A stretch of 64,000 bases of DNA from Lepidodermella squamata (lineage: Eukaryota; Animalia; Gastrotricha). The position numbers were made by a program, and so were the translations under genes. The stretch spans positions 1,922,001 through 1,986,000 of the forward strand of contig JBLDXI010000025.1 in the NCBI GenBank assembly GCA_047495785.1, read 5' to 3'. The notes under the pieces are model-generated. The model saw only the letters and a list, made by a program, of their open reading frames with translations, did not search any database and was not told the origin of the DNA. How positions within the stretch are numbered: the first letter of the stretch is position 1; each line of letters starts with the position of its first letter. Below are positions 13,101 through 22,600 of this stretch, in pieces.

Positions 13101-13687
13101 CAGTTGAAGCTAGCTGCGAGATAGTCTCTAAGTAAATATTTGTATTTGATTGAGTTTTTCGATGTTATTGATTCAGCAGTCAATGAAAGGGCACTGCATA
13201 CTTGGCTTACTCTGAATTTGTATTGCAGAACAAGCCGGACTTCATGTTTTCTTTGGACGTTGATGCTTATTTCGCGAGTCATGTTGGAACTGAAATTCTC
13301 GGCGATCTAGTTGCGACGCAGCATTTCTATTTCATGCGTAAACGGCGCATGTACTTCGAGTACGAAGATCGCAAGCAATCAAAGGCCTATGTTGCGCTAA
13401 ACGAAGGTTGGGAATACTTCACTGGAGCGTTCTACGGCGGCCGTACTCTCAATGTCATTCAAATGTGGCGCAAAATCGCGGCAAATATCAAGCAGGATTG
13501 GGACAATCATAGGCTAATCGCCAAATGGCACGAAGAGTCGCATCTCAACCGATATTTCATCGACAGAAGCCCAACAATTATTTTAGGACCCTCTTACATG
13601 TATAAACCTGCATTTGACCTTGAGTCTATCGGTGCTGTAGCAAAAATTATTGCTCCGCCGAAAGCTACAAAGAAAATGCGTGAGTAA
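4105..13687 (+). CDS. GT6-family glycosyltransferase 2; exons 4105-4554 and 13229-13687, separated by an 8674-bp intron carrying nested genes
   Basis: Exon 1 parallels GT6-1 exon 1 and ends at GAC|GTAAGT (phase 0). The next GT6 second exon is TTGCAG|AAC AAG CCG GAC at 13229, which is 459 nt like GT6-1 exon 2 and has DVD, YFTGAFYGG and WHEESHLNRYF. Confidence 0.8.
4681..4752. repeat. Short dispersed repeat, copy 1
   Basis: ttacc..agaaaacc.gaaaa..cgat.gt.actgg.tcggta.ttttcggtattttacc recurs at about 23968-24040 and partially at 30181-30201. Confidence 0.55.
4962..5014 (+). repeat. Degenerate TTAGG(G)-like tandem repeat
   Basis: gggttatgggttaagg...gggttagggttaggaataggattagg. Confidence 0.45.
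5154..6452 (-). CDS. Divergent Cys-loop (pentameric) ligand-gated ion channel subunit A; 4 exons; nested in the GT6-2 intron
   Basis: Signal peptide, loop A TWIP, spliced Cys-loop CNLSFKKFPFDQQTC (C-x13-C), pre-M1 FKRR, four TM helices with M1 Pro (ILFP), very short M3-M4 loop, no loop-C vicinal Cys. Confidence 0.9.
7058..8360 (-). CDS. Divergent Cys-loop receptor subunit B; 4 exons; nested
   Basis: Paralog of 5154-6452 with the same intron positions; Cys-loop CDLSFKKFPFDKQTC; TM block NILFPNLCLQ...PDRPNFCITVVL. Confidence 0.9.
8707..9360 (+). mobile_element. Solo LTR (654 bp), probably Gypsy/Ty3-type
   Basis: TGTCA...TGACA termini with a 4-bp target-site duplication ATAA (8703-8706 and 9361-9364); TATATAAA at about 9076, AATAAA at about 9263; internal short tandem repeats. 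Confidence 0.8.
9576..10870 (-). CDS. Divergent Cys-loop receptor subunit C; 4 exons; nested
   Basis: Paralog with signal peptide, Cys-loop CDLSFKKFPFDKQTC and the same TM block. Confidence 0.9.
11699..13036 (-). CDS. Divergent Cys-loop receptor subunit D; 4 exons; nested
   Basis: Paralog; ATG at 13036; Cys-loop CDLDFKKFPFDNQIC; the same TM block. Confidence 0.9.
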
Positions 13688-13717
13688 TGTCTTGATTTTT
13701 CGTTTTATTTATGATAG

Positions 13718-14569
13718 ATGATTAAAGAATTAATTTTCATCTTGGCTCTGACCTTGCAAGGATTAAGGGCAGATGAATCATCCGATTGTGGGTCTTTACC
13801 TCGCGTTGCCGTTTTTACCACGGCAGTCGGTAGTGAAGTAGACAAGTACTTGCCTCTCTTCTTCGAAACGGCGATCAAATTCTTGTTGAACAATGCAGCT
13901 CACGTTAGTTATTATGTGTTCACTGACCGGATCAGCGAAGTCAAAATCATAGCACGAGACATCAGCAACGTTCACATTATCCGAATGGAACTGCCTGAGC
14001 CGCCAATGACCATCAACGCGATAACGCCAGAATTATTCCTCAATGTTACGCAATCCGAGTTCTTCAAATTAAATGTAAGAATTTTTATTTTTTCGATTTT
14101 ACCTTAATTTTTTCTATAGCCCGAGCCTGACTTCATTTTTCACGTGAACTGCGACGCATTTTTCGTTTCCGATGTTGGGCCGGAGATTCTTGGTGATCTT
14201 GTTGCGACGCAGCATTTTTCGTTTTACCGAGCAAATCGTGACACATTTGATTACGAGAAAAGACCGGAATCTCTGGCATTTATTGGCCCGGAGGAGGGTC
14301 GTTATTATTATAATGCTGCATTTTACGGTGGTCGTAGTGCAAATATTACAGCGATGTGGGATCGCATTGCCGAGAACACACGGCAAGACTTTGCTCAAGG
14401 CAATTTGGTGGCCGTGTGGGGCCAGGAGTCTCATCTCAATCGATACCTCATTGATCACGTGCCAAGCACAACACTGGGTCAAGATTATTTGTATGCGAAT
14501 AGAGACATGTCTTTCTATGGGTCGTTTCCGAAAATTCAAGTTCGGTTGCCTGCTAGATTCAAATTGTGA
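13718..14569 (+). CDS. GT6-family glycosyltransferase 3, signal-peptide form with NCD in place of DxD; exons 13718-14074, 14120-14569
   Basis: RVAVFT, YVFTD, HVNCDAFF, EILGDLVA, YYNAAFYGG, WGQESHLNRY; short cleavable-looking leader instead of a type II anchor and stem. Confidence 0.85.
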
Positions 14570-14758
14570 TTTTCTGTTGGCACTTTCGAAACGATTGAAT
14601 AAATTTTATTAGAAGATAGCTTGTATCCGTGAAAATTAAGTCCCGAAACTTTCCTCCGGTAATTCAATGAAAACTGGGTTCATATTCATTTCTTTTGGGA
14701 GAGCTTCGGCACAGTAACATTACTGAAATAAAACCAAAACAGCAGAATATTAGCATTA

Positions 14759-16313
14759 TTATCCCATCATAAGAGCAATTAAGGTGACATCAATCAACAG
14801 CGCTGACATCGATATTGAAGCAAATACGATCAGATCGAATTTTCGGATAACACTCATTTTCACCATATTGAAGATCAAGACTTTGCGGCTGAATGTAGGC
14901 CGATCGGCTAGATCAACGGCTATCAAGCAGTAGATCGCACATACAACAGACGTAGCCATTTGAGCTGCTAAGAAAATAAGGATATAAGGTATATCTGCCG
15001 AATTAGGAATCGACCCGCCGATTGATGACTGCGAAACTGCAATGGCTAGGACGACCGTGATGCAAAAGTTCGGCCGATCCGGATGTTGGGGTGGCATGAA
15101 GCCAGATGCGATAAGTACCAGCTGCAGGCATAGATTAGGGAACAGAATGTTCAACACGTGAATTCCGTAACGGCGTTTGAAGTAGAATTTGGCTTCGATG
15201 ACGTCGTATATTCCTACTTTGAATATTCCAAATCTGTAATCTTGAAGGTCCCAAGAATCGATAGGTGACATGAAGTTTTCAGATGGTAAGTTGATTGGCT
15301 CAGACACTGTAACTGTGACATAAGAGGAACTGTAGTAAGATTCCAATCTGAAAGAACAGGTCTGCCTGTCGAACGGAAACTTCTTGAAGCTGCGAAGTTA
15401 TCAATCAACTACAGATTTTTGGATATAAAGACACATACTCGAGATCACATGCAGATTCAAATGGTGATTCAAGATAGAGCTCGGTCGATCCGTTAGCATA
15501 GAGTAAAACAATTTCATCAGCGATCAATCTGAAAATTGAAAATGTGTTTTCGTCATTTTAGCATCGATTTTACGATACAATAAATTGGAAAACTAACATT
15601 TTATCCCAATCATGAAAGCATTTCCATGATTGCTGAAAATAACCCCATCATCTAAAAATGTTTAGGACTGCGGACTGCTTAGCCTTTTGCAAGTTTAATG
15701 CAACTAAAATGTGCGCATAGATACAAACTGGCATAGGTAATGGTATAAACATAAGCCTGAATGATCCTGGAATTTTTCTGTCAAGTGTCAAGTAGACGGA
15801 ATTTTATAGGCGATATTGCTCAAATATGATTGGGAAATCAATTATAGCCTTTTACTCACCTTTTAAACTTTCCTGCATCGCTCAGCGTGTTTGTGTGAGA
15901 AAATGTTGGCACCCATGTCTCAGTGCCTCTCAGTGACAGCGCAAAAACTGGCGAAAACTCAGGTATGTGGGACCATTTCGCGCAGGCGTTGTTCCACTTG
16001 AAAATCAATTCGGCAAATATTGTAAATCTATTGTCATGAATAATCATTGGCTTCATCATGCAGTTGAATCAGTAACTTACGACTGCGCTGCTTCGTTGAT
16101 TCCGCGGAATGCAGTGGCAACAAATTCAAAGTGTATTTTGTGGTTTTCTCTCCAATTGAAGTTCGGCCAAACGATGCTTTCGTGTATGTAACAGTTCTTC
16201 TCGAGGTACTCCTTAACTTGAAGTTCCAATGGAACAGGCCATGTCACATTCCGATTCGACTGCGCCACTGTCGCGAAAGAAATCAGCAGATAAACAGCGC
16301 GTTTCATTGCCAT
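14759..16313 (-). CDS. Divergent Cys-loop receptor subunit E; 4 exons
   Basis: Closest to subunit D (WPVPLE.QVKEYLEK, identical C-terminus LIDVTLIALMMG); Cys-loop CDLDFKKFPFDRQTC. Confidence 0.9.
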
Positions 16314-16522
16314 GATTTGATTCCTGTGGAATTATTTTCTCACTTGAATATGTTTTTCAATCAAATATCCGCACGGTGATATGCTGGCACAAACTGAGAT
16401 AGTCTGATTTCACATTGGCTAATATTTTTATTTGATTATGCCTTTCCGATATATTTACTCAACATTTAAATTAAATAAAGAGTTGGGAAGGCTTGAATGC
16501 GTGGTTGAAGTTCACTCTTGGA

Positions 16523-16767
16523 TTGCGGAACAAGCCGGACTTCATGTTTTGCCACGGCGTTGATGCTTATTTCGCAAGTCACATTGGAGCTGAAATTCTT
16601 GTCGACGACCTGGCTGTGACAAAACGGTGCATGTTGACATGCAGAGGTCCCGTGATATCATTGATCACGTGCCAAGCGCATGCCAAATGCCAAGCCGCAA
16701 TGGAAGCATGCCAAAGTATTGGTTATTTCCGAAAATTAAAGATCGGTTGCCTGCTAGATTAAAATTG
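16523..16767 (+). pseudogene. Chimeric GT6 remnant (start of GT6-2 exon 2 joined to the end of GT6-3)
   Basis: aacaagccggacttcatgtttt...ttgatgcttatttcgc matches 13229 onward; ttgatcacgtgccaagc and tttccgaaaatt.aag.tcggttgcctgctagatt.aaattg match 14451-14567; acceptor AG mutated (gcgg), middle deleted. Confidence 0.8.
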
Positions 16768-16799
16768 CAATGAGTTGTTGCCTTTAAACACTTGAAAAG

Positions 16800-18800
16800 A
16801 TAACTGAATGGGTTTTTTTTCGAAATTAGTGAGAGCTTTCCTCAGCCTCAATAACAAGCCAGTATTCTACCCTCGGCCAGTATGTCAGTCCCGGCGCTTT
16901 TAGCTTGAAGAGCTTGGCTGATGTGATGCGACTTTGACTTCATGCTTTTGAATCAAAGACACCACAGCCGCTCAAGGGCGTACACATAGGCGGCTATATT
17001 CCGCTAATCTTCAGAATTCAAAATGCAAGAGGAATCTTCATGTGGATTTTCGTTATGCAACATCGATGCCGGCTACAGACGTTCAGGACGAGAAGCGCTT
17101 TGCAACCATGTAATCCTCTAGGATGCTCGTCAGACTAGTCACTAAGCTGACCTAATGGTCTTGTCGGAGAGTCGTTCGCGAATCTGCTTAGTCAGTAGTC
17201 TCCAAAGTGGGTAGAAATGCTACAAAATGGAGGAATCTCCCTCTGATGGCACAAACAAACCCAAAGACGCAATGAACGCCGACAAACCACCGAAAAATGT
17301 AAGTGCATGCATTTGGAGCCTGGCAAAAAGCTTTTGCCCGGCGCAACATTTCTTCGTGAAAATCGAGGAATTTCAAGAGATTGCATGCTGCAAAATCTGT
17401 GTTTTTCAGGCTTTTAGGAAAACAAATTATATTTCAAGAAAACATTACAATTTAATTTTCAAACAAAAATTGTATGAATTATTTAATTGTGAAATCCAAA
17501 TCGTGCGATTTTTTCGATGGGCGCGAAGCCGGTTTCTCATCGAAACACCTGTTGAGCTGTTATCGCTTGATGTTCTTCACCTTAGCACTTGCACGTCTCA
17601 CGTCTTGTTATCGGTTTTGTCGTCGTTCGCCATTTAGTTGCAGTCGTCTTTCAGGGCAAAAATTTCTGGAAATAAAGACAAGAATCTGCTGTGTTTCGCT
17701 GCAATTGCTGCTGTTATTTGTTCTCGTGGATGTGTGTTTGGCCTGTCAAAAGGTGGATGTTGATTCGGTGTCAATCTCTTCATTTAGTTGTTTGGGAATC
17801 ATCGTTGAGTTAGCTGGATTCGGTGGCGGTCTCACCCAGCTACCGAATATTCTATCTTGCGTATTAAATAAACTGGCTGCCTGTTAAGACTTGCAAAGGC
17901 TTTGATACCACACAATATTCGGTTTTTTTTACCATGGTCTGCGTTCTGAAATATCAGCGCCAGGGACGGACGTTAACGACAACCGCTAGAAGTTCCCACC
18001 TTAATGATGTCAAGTTTTTCATAGGACCACGCAATACCTGAAGCGGCATTCTATATTCAATTTCTTGTTCACGTCTTGAACATTGATAAAGAAGTTTTCG
18101 CCCTAATCTTGCCTCTTCCCGGTTGGCTGCTTTGAGCTGATGCCTAGCGACTGCTTCGATTGTTGATACTCACGGCAACTTCACTCATGAATCTAAGTAA
18201 GGAAAACTAGTATTCAGTTGGCGTGAGTACCGTGAATCGTGAATGACTTAGTGGACCTTATTTCTTGACGCAAATATGGGGTACCTTAACGCCTCTTATT
18301 AACGTTCGTTTTGATGACTTGTGATCATCGTCTCTCATCGTACATAGGGTGGATTAGAACAATGGTGATAGTTTTACTAAAATGACAGCTTAAAACTTTG
18401 TCTCACAGAGATGAGTTGTCGCTCATTGATGCCGCGCTCGATGTTACTTTCTGATATTCAGAGGAGTTGAATTTTAGGCGATCTGTTTTCAGTTTGTCAG
18501 TAGCTTTATTAATAACCTCTTTGGCTGTCTAATTAGCAGAAATTCAGGGTTAAAGAATGACTGCGCTCAATCATATCGTCCTATTGGCTATTCTAATTTG
18601 ATCATCAGGTGATTCTCAATTTCATCGTTGTTTTCTCACCTCGCACCCAATATTGGGCGATGACTCATAGCAAGAGCAAACGTATTGAATTATTTTTAGC
18701 GAAAGAAGCACTTGAGTTCTGTCTAATTGGTCAAAATACCACCGTCTAAGAATTATTTTGATGAAATTATCTAACACCTAGCGCCGTCGCTCAGTCAGAC
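16800..18800 (+). mobile_element. Possible highly decayed LTR-retrotransposon sequence
   Basis: No coherent gene. Short fragments resemble integrase (ETPVELLSLDVLHL at about 17542), gag (FYHGLRSEI at about 17927) and protease (LIDAALDVT at about 18422), interrupted by stops. Confidence 0.25.
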
Positions 18801-19199
18801 ATCATCTTGGAGCAATATTTGCTTAAACTACACTACTTTTTCCGTGTTTTATTTATTCGACTTGCTTTCACTGTGTCCCACGTGTAAAAATAATTTGCGC
18901 TCACCCAGCGGTGGTGCGGATTTTTTATTATACCAGCCACGTCTATGCAATTTTCTGCAATACGCACAGGTATTTGCTCTGCGTGAGCGGCCGTTCGCAC
19001 TTCGTTCTGTTCTATTCGCTGGTTCGTTCTTGTATGGACGCTATTACAGACGCATTGTTTTTATTAGGTGTCAGATTTTGTTGCTTCCATGCACGTTATA
19101 CATATCTATTTGTTTGTTGTAACGCAAGCTTACACTGTTCGGCCCGAGCCTTCAAGATATCACCCTATTGTCCGTCATTTTTTTTCACATCTAGGGCTA

Positions 19200-19589
19200 A
19201 TGTCTGAAAATGGCACTTATTCTGGGGTCGGTTTCGCAGTGCTGTCCGGTGTTTGCGCCGCGTTGGGTGCAGCCACTGCCAAACTCGCCTTCTCGTCGGC
19301 CGACGATGGCCAGATAATGTCCGGCTATTATTATTGCGAGAAGCTTCTCTACCTCAGCCTATTCATCGGCTTCAACGTGGCAATGTGGACAGCTCTTACG
19401 GCGGCTTTTCGTAGCTCGCCCACGACAGGCCTTGTCTCAGTGATAAATACAGCGGCTAATATACTTTCGTCCGGTCTCATTGGCTGGCTATTTTTCAACG
19501 AACTTCTTTCTTTGCAATGGCTAGGTGGAATCTCGCTTATACTAGCCGGAGTTTCTATCATTATTACGGAAAAACCAAAGGCTGATTAG
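19200..19589 (+). CDS. TMEM42: TMEM42-like small DMT/EamA-fold membrane protein
   Basis: Four TM segments, SG..AALGA..AKLAF, N..MW, NTAANILSSGLIG.L.F.E.LS..W..G; ATG at 19200. Confidence 0.75.
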   Translation: MSENGTYSGVGFAVLSGVCAALGAATAKLAFSSADDGQIMSGYYYCEKLLYLSLFIGFNVAMWTALTAAFRSSPTTGLVSVINTAANILSSGLIGWLFFNELLSLQWLGGISLILAGVSIIITEKPKAD

Positions 19590-19681
19590 AATAAAGCCTA
19601 ACTTACTACTCCTCCACTCTGAAACCAGCATCCAGACCATTTCCTATAATTTGAATTCTTTCGATTTTTAGAGGTTATTTT

Positions 19682-22600
19682 ATGTCGAAAGACAGACAGG
19701 CGATTGAGGCGAAATTTCGCCCAATCTTCGCTCGTTACGCCAATGAATCAATACCATTCGACCGTGTTCGCCATGAACTGCGCCTCGATGAAGTTGTCGC
19801 ATCGGCGATAGGCGAGCAAAACGGCGCTTTATTAGCGTCTAAAGAACTGCCGTCAGATGTTCGCGAGCGGTTGCGCGATCTTGCCGATTCAAACACGGAC
19901 GGCTATTTGTCCTACACTGAGTTTTTGCGGATGGTCGAAGAACTGCCGTTCGGGCGGAAATTGCTGCGATTTGCGGTGACTGGTATCGTGCCTGGCGAGA
20001 CGAAATATACGAAGAAGAAGATTGTTAGAAATGAATACTTGAAAATTGCCGAGGAAACGCCAACCATCGAGAGCTATGTCGAGCAATACAGTTGCTGTCC
20101 GCCGCCCATTTTCATGGTTTTGATCACCCTGGCCGAGGTAAATAAGCGGGTTTTTTTTCTCGAAACAGCTATTCATATCGAGGGTTTTCATAGGAACGTG
20201 AAAGTTTAAAATTACAAAAATATGATCAAGTTTATCTATTGAGTTTTTGAATTATTTTCAAGTTTTGATGAGTCATTTTTCGCAAATTTTTCAGATCTTG
20301 AGGATCATCCGATATGTATTTAAACTAATCTTGAAAATGTCAGCTCTTAATCGAGTTGAATTTTAATTTCGATTAATCGATAATCGAGGGTCCCCTACAG
20401 AGCAGCAGGCTTCAAAGCAGGATAAACTCAAAAAGCGGTGCAAACGCCGCGCAACAATAAATCGAATTAATTACGATAAAATTCGGCGTAGTTTTCTGAA
20501 TATGAACTCATCATAACTTCAGTAGTCCGGCTTATGAATTTTGAAAAAATTTCGAAAAACAACTTTTTCGACACAAGTGAGGTCTGAGTCACATTACGGA
20601 GTTTTGATGACTTATGTTCCTCAATTTTTGGTGTGAAAAGCTAGAATAGCTGACCATCATGTTAGTCCATTGGTTGAAAATCAGAGGCTAAGCCTGAGCG
20701 CCTGCTGAGAGGACTGTTTAGTGCGTTTTCCCTGCTTTGAAGCCTGCTGCTCTGTGGGGGACCCATAATCGAACCATCGATTTTTGAATCTATCACATAC
20801 AGATTAGGATTGTTCAATTTCAAGTCAATTTGAAAGAAGTTTCCTGTTTTTCTCAATTTGTTTATTTTTTTTCAATTTTTCATCTCTATGTTACTTTAGT
20901 TCAGTTATTCTATGGCAAAATCATTAAAAATTCGGTAAACATTTTGCAAACAAAAACTTTTCCCAACAATTTCCTTTTCGCTGTGCTCATATTTATAGAA
21001 AATTGAAATTGAGGATTGAATGAACTCTCAAAGACACATTTCATCCATTTTCAACAGTTTTTCGAATTTCTTTCGTTTTTATTGCTACCTATTTCCAAAT
21101 TTTGAATGAATTGTAAATTGATTTTTCGATGAAGTATTTTTTCTTCTTCAGATTGGCGTGTTTGTTTACTACTACTTCGATATGATCGAACGAAATATTC
21201 CCGTATCGCTGAAAACCGGCACTGCCATCTATTCGCCTCTCATCTGGGATCCGCACCGGCGCTGGGAAGCGTGGCGTTTCGTCAGCTACATTTTCCTCCA
21301 CTCAGGGTGCGTACAACAAATTATCACAAGACCTAAATCTCTTGTGTTACAACAAATTATCAGAAGAATTAACCCCGTCTATTGTTTACAGGCTTTACCA
21401 CCTGTTATCAAACGTGTTGTCGCAACTTATCCTCGGTATACCACTCGAGATGGTGCACGGATTTTGGCGCGTTGGCCTCGTGTACATTCTAGGCGCTGGT
21501 CTCGGTGAGTTGAATAATGGCCGAAAAATACACTACCACAACTAGTACCTGAGCTAAATTGATCGTAATATCAGCGCTCACATAGGAAAAACTTGTATTG
21601 TTGTTGCTGCTGTTATTTGCGTTACAATATTGCGCCGCTTTTTGTTTGATCATCGTGTGCATTAACGTTGTTGCGGCTTGTTTGATGCGAGCGCGCGCGC
21701 GTGTGCATCGCGGAAAGAACTGCGCAAATATTATGTTAATAATGTTCTATACCTACTGCCTATGTGTGCAAGCCGGTGAAACAGGAACAAAAACGACGTG
21801 GCGGGCTCTATAACAAACGTAACGAAGCAGGACACAACAACGGCGGTTGCTTTTTGTGCCATCCTGTATCCGGCTGTAATAAATTTAACGCTGACAAATA
21901 AAAAGTGGGGTTCTGAATAAACAAAAATGCCCAGTCATTAGCTTTCAAAATTGGCCTCATGTTTAACTAAATTTCGACTATTTATAGAGTGCAAAAATAA
22001 AATTTCGACCTCTTTGGGAATTTTGGAACTGAGCATTCATATAGATTTGTATAGCAGTAACTTGAAAAATCAACGCGCAAGTTTTGCTTTGAGCCAACAT
22101 TTTTAGGTAATTTTATTCCGATTAAGCAAAGTTTGGAACCTTTATGTTCATAAAAATTTGAATCGTGTTTTTTTATGAGTATCTTCAGCCTGAAACTACA
22201 ATTTGATAGGCGATAATGGGAAAACAAATCTAATTTGGAATCGGAGCGTGTGTTTACTGAATCTTTTGGGTTTCGCAAGTTAGGATAGGCAATGTTAGAA
22301 TTTTGTCATCCTTCTCTACGATTTAGTTTAAAGTAATTGAAATCGGAATATCTTTAGGTGGGACCAATACTGACCATAAGGGACGAAATTTTAAATCTTG
22401 AACCAAACGCAATCTATGCGAAAGCTTCGTTTTTTGAATATTTTTTAATCCGCTGTTTTCTCGAAAGGGTAATTTAAGAATCATTTATTGCGATTTTTTT
22501 TAATTAACCCTGTAATATCCAAAATTGTGGAAAAACTATTTCCGCGCGAGTAAAAATATTCAAATTTGAGCTCTACTTTCGGTCGATTTTTATTCCGCAA

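Noticed and set aside
13678-13720. Spliced GT6-2/GT6-3 fusion protein
   Set aside because: Joining either nearby GT donor to the AG at 13716-13717 gives a stop within one to three codons.
2775-16767. Bacterial contamination explaining the GT6 genes
   Set aside because: The GT6 genes have spliceosomal introns and secretory leaders, and are interleaved with metazoan Cys-loop receptor genes.
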